The translations under genes and the position numbers were made by a program. 64,000 nucleotides of DNA from a bacterium (GTDB taxonomy: Bacteria > Zixibacteria > MSB-5A5 > GN15 > FEB-12). The DNA lies in NCBI GenBank assembly GCA_043811375.1, contig JBDRNJ010000006.1, positions 32,001-96,000 of the forward strand. Reading direction: 5' to 3'. Position 1 is the stretch's first letter. Each line of letters starts with the position of its first letter. Shown in pieces: positions 1-9,241 of this stretch. The notes below the pieces were generated by a model. That model saw nothing but the letters and a program-made list of their open reading frames with translations, ran no database searches and was not told where the DNA came from.

Positions 1-305
1 ACACCATTGTGACTATAACCGACGCGGCCGGGAAAACGATATCCTGGGGTTCCGCCGGCAAGGTGGGATTCAAAGGCTCAAAAAAGTCAACGCCCTTTGC
101 AGCCCAGTTGGCCGCCTCCGAGGCTGCCAAGGAGGCTATGGGCCTGGGTCTGCGAAAGGTAGAAGTCTGGGTTAGAGGTCCCGGCTCCGGGCGGGAAGCG
201 GCTATCCGATCGCTGTCGGCAGCCGGCCTGGAAATCGCCATCATCAAAGATGTCACCCCGATCCCACATAATGGTTGTCGGCCGCCCAAGCGACGGCGGG
301 TGTGA
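1..305 (+). CDS. rpsK: 30S ribosomal protein S11 (5' truncated by window)
   Basis: [23 protein letters not shown] and [18 protein letters not shown] motifs; alpha-operon order. Confidence 0.98.
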   Translation, partial: TIVTITDAAGKTISWGSAGKVGFKGSKKSTPFAAQLAASEAAKEAMGLGLRKVEVWVRGPGSGREAAIRSLSAAGLEIAIIKDVTPIPHNGCRPPKRRRV

Positions 306-354
306 TGGATTATGGGAATCAGGTGGTGTCAACGTTCGACAATGAGGAGTATTG

Positions 355-984
355 ATGGCTCGCTATCGTGACTCTAATTGCAAATTATGCCGTCGGGAAG
401 GTGAAAAGCTGTTTCTGAAAGGCACCCGCTGTATGAGTGACAAATGTGCGGTGGAAAGACGGCAGTATGCTCCCGGACAGCACGGACAGCGTATGCGCCG
501 CAAGATATCGCCCTACGGTATTCAGTTGAGGGAAAAGCAGAAAGTGAAACGTGCCTACGGACTATTGGAGAGGCAGTTCCGCAACTATTTCAGGAAGGCT
601 GATCGCGGGAGCGGTGTGACCGGAGAGATCCTGCTGCAGCTTTTGGAGACGCGGCTGGATAACATGGTTTACCGCCTGGGTTTTGCGTCATCACGCAAGG
701 CTGCCCGACAACTGGTCCGTCATCGACATATAACCGTCAACGAGCATATAGTGAATATTCCCTCGTTTCAGGTTAAACCAAATCAGGTTATCCGGGTCAA
801 GGAGAAATCCAAGAACCTGGAAATGATACATGCTGCTCTCAAGGAGGTCGGACGCGGCGATGAATATCCGTGGATACGATTGAACAAGGCCGCACTGGAA
901 GGCGAACTGCTGGAAATTCCCAAGCGGATCGATATTCCATTACCGGCCAACGAGCAGTTAATAGTGGAGCTGTATTCCAAGTAA
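355..984 (+). CDS. rpsD: 30S ribosomal protein S4
   Basis: MARY...[41 protein letters not shown] before ATG 355. Confidence 0.98.
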   Translation: MARYRDSNCKLCRREGEKLFLKGTRCMSDKCAVERRQYAPGQHGQRMRRKISPYGIQLREKQKVKRAYGLLERQFRNYFRKADRGSGVTGEILLQLLETRLDNMVYRLGFASSRKAARQLVRHRHITVNEHIVNIPSFQVKPNQVIRVKEKSKNLEMIHAALKEVGRGDEYPWIRLNKAALEGELLEIPKRIDIPLPANEQLIVELYSK

Positions 985-1015
985 GCAATTGACCTACTGG
1001 GAGGTTTTGCATCAG

Positions 1016-1999
1016 ATGAAGTGGAAACCACTCACCATGCCCAAGGAGGTCGTTAACGACCTGTCCTCGGCCACTGAGAATTACTCGCGTTTTACCATTG
1101 AACCGCTGGAACGCGGCTACGGCACGACTCTCGGCAACTGCCTGCGACGGGTTCTGCTTTCGTCGATTCAGGGGGGCGCGATTGTATCAATGCGCATCAC
1201 CGGTTGCCTGCACGAATTTTCCACCATCAAGGGTGTCTACGAAGATGTTACTGACCTGGTTTTGAATGTCAAAGGCATTCGTGTCAGGATGCATGCCGAC
1301 GACATGCGTACCATCACCTTGAAGGCGTCCGGAAAAGGCAAACTGACGGCCGGTATGCTGCAGGGAGACACGGAAGTAGAAATACTCAACCCTGATCATC
1401 ACATCTGCGAATTGACCGATGATATCGACTTTGAAATGGAACTCGACGTTGATTCGGGCCGCGGCTATAACGTTGCCGAGGGCAACAAGCGGCCCGATAC
1501 ACCGGCCGGGACGATTTTCATCGACTCCCTTTTCTCACCGGTTACCCGGGTATCTTATCATGTCGAAAATACCCGCGTGGGACAAAGAACCGACTATGAC
1601 CGGCTCATTACTGAGATCACTACCGACGGCTCCATTACACCCGAAGATGCCCTCAGCTATGCCGCCAAGCTGGTCAAAGATCACCTGCAGTTGTTCATTC
1701 ATATGGATGAGGAAGTCCTGATCAAGGAAGAGCCCGAAGAGGACGAAGAGACGGTCCGCGTTCGTAATCTTCTGAGAACCCGCGTCGACGAATTGGAGCT
1801 GTCCGTGCGTTCATCGAACTGCCTGCGGGCCGCCAATATCCAGACGCTGCAGGACCTCGTCACCAAGACGGAAGCGGAAATGCTCAAATACCGCAATTTC
1901 GGACGCAAGTCACTCAACGAAATCAGCTCCATCCTGGAAGAGTTGAATCTTTCACTGGGAATGGAGATATCCAAGTTCACGGAACCGCAATCAAGTTAG
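1016..1999 (+). CDS. rpoA: RNA polymerase alpha subunit
   Basis: EPLERGYGTTLGNCLRRVLLSS, LELSVRSSNCL, NFGRKSLNEI; GGAGG RBS favours ATG 1016. Confidence 0.98.
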   Translation: MKWKPLTMPKEVVNDLSSATENYSRFTIEPLERGYGTTLGNCLRRVLLSSIQGGAIVSMRITGCLHEFSTIKGVYEDVTDLVLNVKGIRVRMHADDMRTITLKASGKGKLTAGMLQGDTEVEILNPDHHICELTDDIDFEMELDVDSGRGYNVAEGNKRPDTPAGTIFIDSLFSPVTRVSYHVENTRVGQRTDYDRLITEITTDGSITPEDALSYAAKLVKDHLQLFIHMDEEVLIKEEPEEDEETVRVRNLLRTRVDELELSVRSSNCLRAANIQTLQDLVTKTEAEMLKYRNFGRKSLNEISSILEELNLSLGMEISKFTEPQSS

Positions 2000-2016
2000 G
2001 CCGCCGCGAGTAACAC

Positions 2017-2442
2017 ATGGGACATCGGGACAAAGTCAACAAACTGGGACGTACCAAGTCACACCGGGAAGCAATGCTGGCCAATATGGCTATGTCGCTG
2101 TTTAGCCACCGAGTGATCAAGACTACCGACGCCAAAGCCAAGGCGCTTAAACCACTGGTGGATCGCATTATCTCTACTGCCAAAAAGGACACTCTGGCAG
2201 CTAAACGGCAGGTGGCGCGCACAATTCACCAGAAATCGGTTTTCAAGAAGCTCTTTGGCGAAATAGTGCCGCACTTTACCGACCGGGAGTCAGGCTTCAC
2301 ACGTATTGTCAAGCTGGGTGTTCGCCGTGGCGATGGCGCCCCCATTTCGGTGGTGGAGTTGCTTACTCCCAAACCGGAAGCTGACAAGGACAAAAAGGGT
2401 AAAAAAGGCAAAAAGGACAAGAAGGCCGCTGCCGCAAAGTAA
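2017..2442 (+). CDS. rplQ: 50S ribosomal protein L17
   Basis: KLGRTKSHREAML, IKTTDAKAK, GFTRIVKLGVRRGDGA; follows rpoA. Confidence 0.97.
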   Translation: MGHRDKVNKLGRTKSHREAMLANMAMSLFSHRVIKTTDAKAKALKPLVDRIISTAKKDTLAAKRQVARTIHQKSVFKKLFGEIVPHFTDRESGFTRIVKLGVRRGDGAPISVVELLTPKPEADKDKKGKKGKKDKKAAAAK

Positions 2443-2681
2443 GACGCCCTGTCTCTTCACGCGGAACTTTTGATCGGTTTTCTTGTGGCACCGGATCGGG
2501 GGCTTGTGCTCACCGGACATCCTTAAGCTTTTTTCGGGAAGTAGTTGTCGGAAGGATACGTTCGACTCTACCCGGGATAACGGGGAAAGCTCCTCTTATT
2601 TAACAGTCAACTTCCGGGACAACTTTTGTACACCACTCATCGTGTGGTTTTTCTTTGCTCGGAAGACTTCAAAACAGCAGA

Positions 2682-2927
2682 GGTTTTGACCTGCAACTCC
2701 GCGTAGCGGGTGCCGAGGGCACATTTATTGCATCCGCCGGTGGCATCGCCACTTTTATTGGCATCACCAGTGACAAGTCAGTGGCAAGCCACCTTTTACG
2801 CGCGGTCAGGAATCCTTTCCTGACCGCACCAAATGTAACCGTCACGAAAGGATTCGTGACGGCGCAAGAAAAACGGGGTGATTGTCCTGCTGCTACAGGG
2901 TTTTGACCTGCAAGACCTGGCAGGTCT
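2682..2927. repeat. REP-like palindromic cluster bracketed by a 15-bp direct repeat
   Basis: GGTTTTGACCTGCAA at 2682-2696 and 2899-2913; palindromes GCGGTCAGGAATCCTTTCCTGACCGC, CCGTCACGAAAGGATTCGTGACGG, AGACCTGGCAGGTCT; inverted homolog at ~30886-30979. Confidence 0.75.
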
Positions 2928-3008
2928 GTTTAAGACCCCCCCCGCGATGCCGACTGCAGAAGTCAACATGACCTGAGCTGCCGTTGCCTGAAGGGCTTTA
3001 TTTACTAC

Positions 3009-3037
3009 TTGCCAATGTTCGCGGCGCCAACTACTAT
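3009..3037 (+). promoter_or_regulatory. sigma70-type promoter
   Basis: TTGCCA-N17-TACTAT upstream of ORF 3103. Confidence 0.55.
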
Positions 3038-3102
3038 ATAACAACCTGAATGAACCTGAATGAACTTTGAAAAAAACCAACTTATCAAGAGAGTGATATG
3101 AA

Positions 3103-3552
3103 ATGACTGAAGGAACAGCGAAGAAAGGGATGTCCAAAGGCTGCCTGGTTGCCCTGATTGTGGTGGCCGCAGTGCTGCTGGTGGTGATAATCGGGGGTGT
3201 AGTCATCTACCTGGAGAAGGACTCGTTGACCCGCCAGGGCGCTTCCACTCTGGTTACGGATATCAAGGACAAGGTTAATCAGAATCCGGCACCCGGTGTC
3301 GACACAGTTCGGTTCAATGCAGTGGCCGACGGTTTTGTTGCCAAACTTGATGAATCGGAAATCAAAGTCGAGGAGATTCTTCCCTTCTTGCAGTCAACGC
3401 AGGCGATGGCGGCTGACAGAACGCTGGATTCGCTGGAGTCGGAGCAGTTGTTACAGTCGATGATTGATTTCTTCCCGGAACTCGAGCAGTTGCTACCGCC
3501 ACCCGTGATCGAGGATACCACTTTGACCGAGGATTCACTGGTTACTGAATAG
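3103..3552 (+). CDS. hypothetical membrane-anchored protein
   Basis: KKGMSKGCL followed by one TM helix and an acidic soluble domain. Confidence 0.75.
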   Translation: MTEGTAKKGMSKGCLVALIVVAAVLLVVIIGGVVIYLEKDSLTRQGASTLVTDIKDKVNQNPAPGVDTVRFNAVADGFVAKLDESEIKVEEILPFLQSTQAMAADRTLDSLESEQLLQSMIDFFPELEQLLPPPVIEDTTLTEDSLVTE

Positions 3553-3609
3553 ACGCCGTCGGCTCCCGGTCTTTATGGCCAACTGACAGGGCCAAAAACG
3601 AAGGAAAAC

Positions 3610-4269
3610 ATGGTAATCGCGGCGCCGATCATCATGGCCTATCTGTTGGGGAGTATTCCCTTCGGTTTTCTCGTGAGTCGTGCGTTCGGTGTCGGAGACA
3701 TCCGGCAGCACGGCTCCGGAAATATTGGTGCTACCAACGTCTGGCGTGTGATTGGTCCCCGGGCGGCCGCGTGGACCTACGTCGGCGACATCGGCAAGGG
3801 CGCGGCGGCGGTGCTGCTGGCACGATACTGGTTAGGCGCGTTTGATGTGACGCCTGGTATTGTCGATCCGCTGCTGGTGGCAACGGCCCTGGCGGCCGTG
3901 ACAGGACACATGTTTCCGGTTTACCTCCGTTTCCGGGGAGGCAAAGGAGTCAGCACCGCTCTGGGGGGGGTGATGGTGTTGCTGCCTTTGGAATCTCTGG
4001 CAGGGTTACTTGTGTTTGTTCTGGTGGTAGCGTTCAGTCGGTACATATCGCTGGGTTCGATGGCCGGTGCGGTCAGTCTGGGAGTGGTCGTAGTCACCGA
4101 AAAGTACCTGCTGCAGCGTGATATTGCGGTGATTTATGTCGGTCTGGCTGCGGTTCTGGCGGTGTTGATAGTGCTGACTCATCGCCACAACATCGGCCGT
4201 CTTCTGTCGGGCACGGAAAACAAGTTCTCGCTGTCGTCCGGATCGGGTAAGGATCAGTCTGATGTCTGA
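3610..4269 (+). CDS. plsY: glycerol-3-phosphate acyltransferase PlsY
   Basis: YLLGSIPFG, GSGNIGATNV, GHMFP..FRGGKGVST, HRHNIGRL. Confidence 0.96.
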   Translation: MVIAAPIIMAYLLGSIPFGFLVSRAFGVGDIRQHGSGNIGATNVWRVIGPRAAAWTYVGDIGKGAAAVLLARYWLGAFDVTPGIVDPLLVATALAAVTGHMFPVYLRFRGGKGVSTALGGVMVLLPLESLAGLLVFVLVVAFSRYISLGSMAGAVSLGVVVVTEKYLLQRDIAVIYVGLAAVLAVLIVLTHRHNIGRLLSGTENKFSLSSGSGKDQSDV

Positions 4270-5266
4270 AAAGATAGCTATACTCGGCGCCGGTTCATGG
4301 GGCATGGCGATAGCGCGCCTATTGGCCGGCAATGGCCTGGCTGCCACCTTGTGGGAATTTGATCCGCAGGATTTTGAGATACTGTGCTCCCGTCGCGGCC
4401 ATCCGGACAAGCTGCCTGGTATCATCTTGCCGGAGTCGGTAAGCATAACCAACGATCCTGATGATGCCGTCAGTGACAGCAGCCTGATAGTGCTGGCGAT
4501 TCCTTCCCAGGCATTGCGCTCAGCACTGGTGCGGCTGCGCGGCCGACTCGATCATACCGCAGGTCTGGTCAACCTGGCCAAGGGAATCGAAACCACCACG
4601 CTGAGTCGTATGTCGGAAGTAATTACCGAAGAACTGGGCCTGTCGATAGAGAACATAGTCACGCTGTCGGGTCCGTCGCACGCCGAGGAGGTTGCGAAGG
4701 ATATGCCCACCGCTGTGGTGGCGGCCGGTGGCGGGCAGCTTGTCGCCCGGGTTCAGGAATTGTTCAGCAATCGCTTCTTCCGGGTGTACCAGAGCGACGA
4801 TCTGATCGGTGTTGAGTTGGGCGGTTCACTGAAGAACATAATCGCAATTGCAGCCGGGATTGCCGATGGGCTCGGTTTGGGAGACAACACCCGGGGCGCT
4901 ATTATCACGCGGGGCCTGGCTGAGATCACCCGGCTGGGGGTGGCGCTGGGTGCACGCGCCGAGACTTTTGCCGGTTTGTCGGGTATTGGCGATCTGGTAA
5001 CTACCTGTACCTCGCGGCACAGTCGCAACCGCTTTGTCGGGGATAAAATCGGCCAGGGGCAGAAACTGAGCGAAATCCTGGCCGCTATGCACATGGTGGC
5101 CGAAGGAGTGGAAACAACCCGGTCCGGGTATGAGTTGGCGACGGCTTACAGCGTTGAGATGCCGATTACGCGGGAGGTATACGCGGTACTGTTTGAGGAG
5201 AAATCTCCCCGGACGGCGGTGGACGACCTTATGGGTCGGGAATTGAAGGCAGAAATATGGCGGTGA
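4262..5266 (+). CDS. gpsA: NAD(P)H-dependent glycerol-3-phosphate dehydrogenase
   Basis: GAGSWG, LSGPSHAEEV, GGSLKNIIAIAAG, GDLVTTC..SRN. Confidence 0.97.
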   Translation: MSEKIAILGAGSWGMAIARLLAGNGLAATLWEFDPQDFEILCSRRGHPDKLPGIILPESVSITNDPDDAVSDSSLIVLAIPSQALRSALVRLRGRLDHTAGLVNLAKGIETTTLSRMSEVITEELGLSIENIVTLSGPSHAEEVAKDMPTAVVAAGGGQLVARVQELFSNRFFRVYQSDDLIGVELGGSLKNIIAIAAGIADGLGLGDNTRGAIITRGLAEITRLGVALGARAETFAGLSGIGDLVTTCTSRHSRNRFVGDKIGQGQKLSEILAAMHMVAEGVETTRSGYELATAYSVEMPITREVYAVLFEEKSPRTAVDDLMGRELKAEIWR

Positions 5267-5289
5267 ACATAGATGGGAGAAACAACAAA

Positions 5290-5640
5290 ATGAAGAAAGC
5301 CGGTGTTGCAACCAGGCGGTACTATTCTATCAGCGAGGTGTCACGTATGACCGGCCTTCAGGCATACGTACTGCGATACTGGGAGAAGGAATTTCCTCTC
5401 CTGAAACCGCGCAAAAACCGGGGTGGGAATCGCGCTTATACCGACAAGGACATCGAACTGATTAACCGCATCAAGCACCTGCGCACCAAAGAGAAATTGA
5501 CGATTGCCGGAGCGCGAACCAAATTGATGATGAAACGCGGCAGTGAGCAGAAGACCGCTCTGCGAACCTCGGCACGTGCCGAAACTCTCATCGGCCAGAT
5601 CAGAAAAGAGGTACAGGATCTGCTCGGCTTTTTCTCTTGA
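5290..5640 (+). CDS. MerR-family HTH regulator
   Basis: YYSISEVS..LRYWEKEFP.LKP.KNRGGNRAY; usual position before tRNA-Pro(GGG); RBS favours ATG 5290. Confidence 0.9.
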   Translation: MKKAGVATRRYYSISEVSRMTGLQAYVLRYWEKEFPLLKPRKNRGGNRAYTDKDIELINRIKHLRTKEKLTIAGARTKLMMKRGSEQKTALRTSARAETLIGQIRKEVQDLLGFFS

Positions 5641-5700
5641 GTTATGGCGTTTCTTTGGTAAATTGAGGGTGACACCGCCTTCAACAAGGTGTTTTCGAGT

Positions 5701-5778
5701 CGGAGCGTGGCGCAGTATGGTTAGCGCACTCGCTTGGGGTGCGAGAGGTCGGCCGTTCAAATCGGCTCGCTCCGACCA
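5701..5778 (+). tRNA. tRNA-Pro(GGG), CCA encoded
   Basis: CGGAGCG/CGCTCCG acceptor stem, CTCGC-TTGGGGT-GCGAG anticodon arm, TTCAAAT T-loop, ends ACCA. Confidence 0.96.
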
Positions 5779-5847
5779 TTTTCCGAATCCCGGTGCAGTT
5801 CCATCCATCGCTGCGTTACCCGGTAACTTTTTCGACCGCCGAACGGT

Positions 5848-6528
5848 ATGGGCAATCTGAATCGACTCTCCTGCTTAGTGCTGGTGCCGGCATACAATGC
5901 CGCAGACCATTTGCCGGAACTGATCGCCCGGATCAGGAAGTATGTGTGTGACGACAACCTGCTGGTTATAGATGACGGCAGCACCGATGACACCGTGACG
6001 GTTCTTAAAACCCAGGGCGTCAATTACATCTCTTATCCTCAGAATCGTGGCAAGGGGAGCGCCCTTATGACCGGTTTTCGTTATGCTGTCGACGGCGGCT
6101 TCCGTTCGGTTCTCACCCTGGATGCCGATCTGCAACATCTACCGGAGGAAATCCCCCGCTTCTATGCTTTAGACAACGGTCATCGGCTGCTGCTGGGTGT
6201 TCGCCGTATCTCATTGGATGATATGCCGTTAGGTCGATGGTTGTCCAACAGTATGACATCTCTTATCGTCTCGGTGTTTTCCAATCAACCCATCCGCGAC
6301 AGCCAATCTGGTTTCCGTTTGATTCCCATCGACATGTTGAGGTTGTTGAAACTTAAGACTCATCGGTACGATTTCGAATCGGAAATGTTGTTAAAGGCGG
6401 CGTCTCTGGGGTTTACTGTCGTGCCGGTGCCGATCTCTACCGTGTACGCCGGTTCTCGTTCTTATATAAATCCGCCGGCGGATACGGTGCGTTTCGTGCG
6501 ACAGGTGCTGAGAAGTCTCTGGTACTGA
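5848..6528 (+). CDS. GT2 glycosyltransferase (DPM1-like)
   Basis: VPAYN, DDGSTD, NRGKG, DADLQH, DSQSGFR. Confidence 0.92.
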   Translation: MGNLNRLSCLVLVPAYNAADHLPELIARIRKYVCDDNLLVIDDGSTDDTVTVLKTQGVNYISYPQNRGKGSALMTGFRYAVDGGFRSVLTLDADLQHLPEEIPRFYALDNGHRLLLGVRRISLDDMPLGRWLSNSMTSLIVSVFSNQPIRDSQSGFRLIPIDMLRLLKLKTHRYDFESEMLLKAASLGFTVVPVPISTVYAGSRSYINPPADTVRFVRQVLRSLWY

Positions 6529-6608
6529 CGTGAAGACTTGCCTTCCGTCTCCATGTATGTTAGACTGTCAGCCATGAAGCTGGAGTATACAAGGGATTAA
6601 ATTGCATT

Positions 6609-7376
6609 ATGTCTAAGAAGATGCGGATACTACTGACCAACGATGACGGCTATTTCTCAGACGGTATCAAAGTGCTGTTTCGGGAACTGAGCAAATCCGC
6701 GAATGTGTACATGGTGGCACCGGACAGGGAACAATCCGCGTCGTCTCATTCGCTCACTCTGGAACGACCGCTGCGGGTGCAGAAACTGGGTGAACGGTGC
6801 TACACAATCGATGGCACACCTACTGACTGTGTTATGCTGGGCGTCCATATGGTGCTTAAACGGCGCCCTCCACATATGATAATTTCGGGTATCAACCATG
6901 GCGCCAACATGGGCGAGGATGTGACCTATTCGGGAACTGTCGCCGCCGCCATCGAAGGGTCAATCCTGGGTATCCCCTCGCTGGCTGTTTCTATGGTTGA
7001 CTGGGCGCTGGGTACCCCGATGACGCGAGCCGCCCGGTTTGTCTGTCGGATGGTATCGCGGTACCGGCAACTCGGACTCGATCCGGCAACTTTTCTCAAT
7101 ATCAATCTTCCGCCCGATTCCGGCCGACCGTATCGGCGTTTCCGTTTCACCAGTCTGGGTGTACGTCAGTACCGGGATTACGTGATACACAAGACCGATC
7201 CCAGGGGCAAAGCCTACTACTGGATAGGTGGTTACCCAACCTGGAAAGCCACCCCGGGGTCTGATTTTGAAGCTGTCGACAGTGGTTCCGTATCGATCAC
7301 CCCACTGAAGCTGGATTTTACCGACAGTGGCTCCCTCAAGCGACTGCAGCATCTTGACCTGAAGGTGCTTTCCTGA
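6609..7376 (+). CDS. surE: 5'/3'-nucleotidase SurE
   Basis: ILLTNDDG, GTPTDCV, SGINHGANMG..YSGTVAAA. Confidence 0.97.
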   Translation: MSKKMRILLTNDDGYFSDGIKVLFRELSKSANVYMVAPDREQSASSHSLTLERPLRVQKLGERCYTIDGTPTDCVMLGVHMVLKRRPPHMIISGINHGANMGEDVTYSGTVAAAIEGSILGIPSLAVSMVDWALGTPMTRAARFVCRMVSRYRQLGLDPATFLNINLPPDSGRPYRRFRFTSLGVRQYRDYVIHKTDPRGKAYYWIGGYPTWKATPGSDFEAVDSGSVSITPLKLDFTDSGSLKRLQHLDLKVLS

Positions 7377-7438
7377 GGAGTTTCCATATAGACAGGGATG
7401 GCAGTCTGGCAGCGACCGGATTCGAGTTACGAAAATCG

Positions 7439-7466
7439 TTGACAATCGATATCTGGAACGTATAAT
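7439..7466 (+). promoter_or_regulatory. sigma70 promoter of tRNA-Pro(CGG)
   Basis: TTGACA-N16-TATAAT. Confidence 0.8.
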
Positions 7467-7490
7467 AAAGCTTCGTTAGGACAGAAGTTT

Positions 7491-7564
7491 CGGGGCGTAG
7501 CGCAGTTTGGTAGCGCACTTGGTTCGGGACTAAGGAGTCGCTGGTTCAAATCCAGTCGCCCCGA
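7491..7564 (+). tRNA. tRNA-Pro(CGG)
   Basis: CGGGGCG/CGCCCCG acceptor stem, CTTGG-TTCGGGA-CTAAG anticodon arm, GGTTCAAATCC T-arm; no encoded CCA. Confidence 0.96.
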
Positions 7565-7667
7565 TTTTCTTCCTGGTGTTAGTGGCTGCAAGATGCCAGA
7601 ACACGGGGCTGAGGTGAGGCAGAGCATCACGTGAAGCCCCCATCTCTCAGAGCGAGGATATTACATC

Positions 7668-8141
7668 ATGTCAGGCAACCGAAAACTTATGATCGCCGTG
7701 GTAGGAGCGGGCAAGTGCTCCAAGAAACTGCGGGATACGGCCGCCGTGGTCGGCAAGTACGTAGCCGAACAGGGCGGAATCGTGGTCTGTGGGGGCATGG
7801 GGGGCATCATGGAGGGGGCAGCCAGGGGAGCTAAAGAAGCCGGCGGTATCACTATCGGCATCCTGCCCACGGGTGATAAGGCTGACGCCAACGAGTACAT
7901 CGACTATGCCATTCCGACCGGTTTTGGTGAAGCTCGTAATATTATAGTAGTCAGAACCGCGGACGCGGTTGTCGCTTTTCCGGGCAAATACGGCACTTTG
8001 TCCGAAATGGCCTTCGCGCTGCACGCCGGGAAACCCGTGATCGCCATCAATGCCTGGCGGCTGGGTGATGAAATCGTACAAGTCGATGACCCGTTAGAGG
8101 CCGCCAAACTGGCGATGGAACTGGCTGCAAAGGGAAAGTGA
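7668..8141 (+). CDS. TIGR00725-type Rossmann-fold (LOG/DprA-like) protein
   Basis: VCGGMGGIMEGAARGA, TGFGEARN, GKYGTLSEMAFAL. Confidence 0.88.
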   Translation: MSGNRKLMIAVVGAGKCSKKLRDTAAVVGKYVAEQGGIVVCGGMGGIMEGAARGAKEAGGITIGILPTGDKADANEYIDYAIPTGFGEARNIIVVRTADAVVAFPGKYGTLSEMAFALHAGKPVIAINAWRLGDEIVQVDDPLEAAKLAMELAAKGK

Positions 8142-8416
8142 ATTCAGTCGGAGTCCGGTTGACCATTCGGGGGAATGTGCAGGGAGTGGGTTACCGTTAT
8201 TACTGCTACCGCCGAGCGGCCGGTCTCGGTGTCGGAGGCTGGGTTAAAAACAACCCCGATGGTTCGGTTTCGGTTGCCGCCGAGGGAGAGCGGAGTCTGC
8301 TGGAGGAACTGATAAAAGACCTCAAGGTCGGTCCGCCCGGTGCGGTGGTGACGGATATCGATGTGACATGGGAAAAATTATCGGGAAGCTATCAAGGTTT
8401 TAATATTACCCACTGA
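8138..8416 (+). CDS. acyP: acylphosphatase
   Basis: GNVQGVGYR, GWVKNNPDGSV, GPPGA. Confidence 0.93.
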   Translation: MNSVGVRLTIRGNVQGVGYRYYCYRRAAGLGVGGWVKNNPDGSVSVAAEGERSLLEELIKDLKVGPPGAVVTDIDVTWEKLSGSYQGFNITH

Positions 8417-8434
8417 ATATCAAAGGCTGCAATC

Positions 8435-8959
8435 ATGCAGGAATTGAAAAAGTACGTCCGTATGGTTCCTGATTTCCCTCGCCCGGGAATCAGTTTCTAT
8501 GACATAACCACTCTCCTGGCCGACCCGGCCGGGTTCAAACTGGCCCTGGGACAAATGGAAAAGTACGTCCAGACACGTCGGGCGCAGCGGTTGGTCGGTA
8601 TTGAGTCGCGCGGATTTCTTTTTGCGGCCGCCCTGGCGGACAGGTTGAACATTGGTCTGGCGGTGGCACGCAAACCCGGTAAACTGCCCTACCGAACCGT
8701 TTCACGTCAGTATGATCTCGAGTACGGCACCGACAGCGTCGAACTGCACCAGGACGCTGTGGCGCCGGGGGAACGAGTGGTAGTGGTGGATGATCTTATC
8801 GCCACCGGCGGGACGCTGCAGGCGGTGTGTCAGTTGGTCCAGCAGTTGGGAGCCGAAGTGGTCGGTGTCTCCGCCGTCATTGACCTGTCGTTTCTGCCGT
8901 GGCGGGAGAAGCTGGCCGGGCATGACGTGAACTGCCTGGTTTCTTTCGATTCGGAGTGA
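8435..8959 (+). CDS. apt: adenine phosphoribosyltransferase
   Basis: PDFPRPGI.FYDIT, ESRGF, RKPGKLP, VDDLIATGGT. Confidence 0.96.
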   Translation: MQELKKYVRMVPDFPRPGISFYDITTLLADPAGFKLALGQMEKYVQTRRAQRLVGIESRGFLFAAALADRLNIGLAVARKPGKLPYRTVSRQYDLEYGTDSVELHQDAVAPGERVVVVDDLIATGGTLQAVCQLVQQLGAEVVGVSAVIDLSFLPWREKLAGHDVNCLVSFDSE

Positions 8960-9046
8960 AGCCCACTTGTGTCATGACGGCTTTGACTTAACCGTTGACT
9001 CACCTGCCGGCGTCTGTTTTCTTGTTTAGGGACTGGTTTTTTCGAT

Positions 9047-9120
9047 GCCCCCGTAGCTCAGTCGGATAGAGCAGCGGTTTCCTAAACCGCGGGCCGCAGG
9101 TTCGATTCCTGCCGGGGGTA
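9047..9120 (+). tRNA. tRNA-Arg(CCT)
   Basis: GCCCCCG/CGGGGGT acceptor stem, GCGGT-TTCCTAA-ACCGC anticodon arm, GGTTCGATTCC T-arm. Confidence 0.95.
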
Positions 9121-9241
9121 TTTGAATGACGGAGATTATTTCTGGTAAGCAGGGTTGGTATAATCACACCCAAAAAAGGTTTGAGGGTACCACCCCGTCG
9201 CCTGTCAGCTACAAAGACATTTGAGTTATGAGGAGAGAGGC

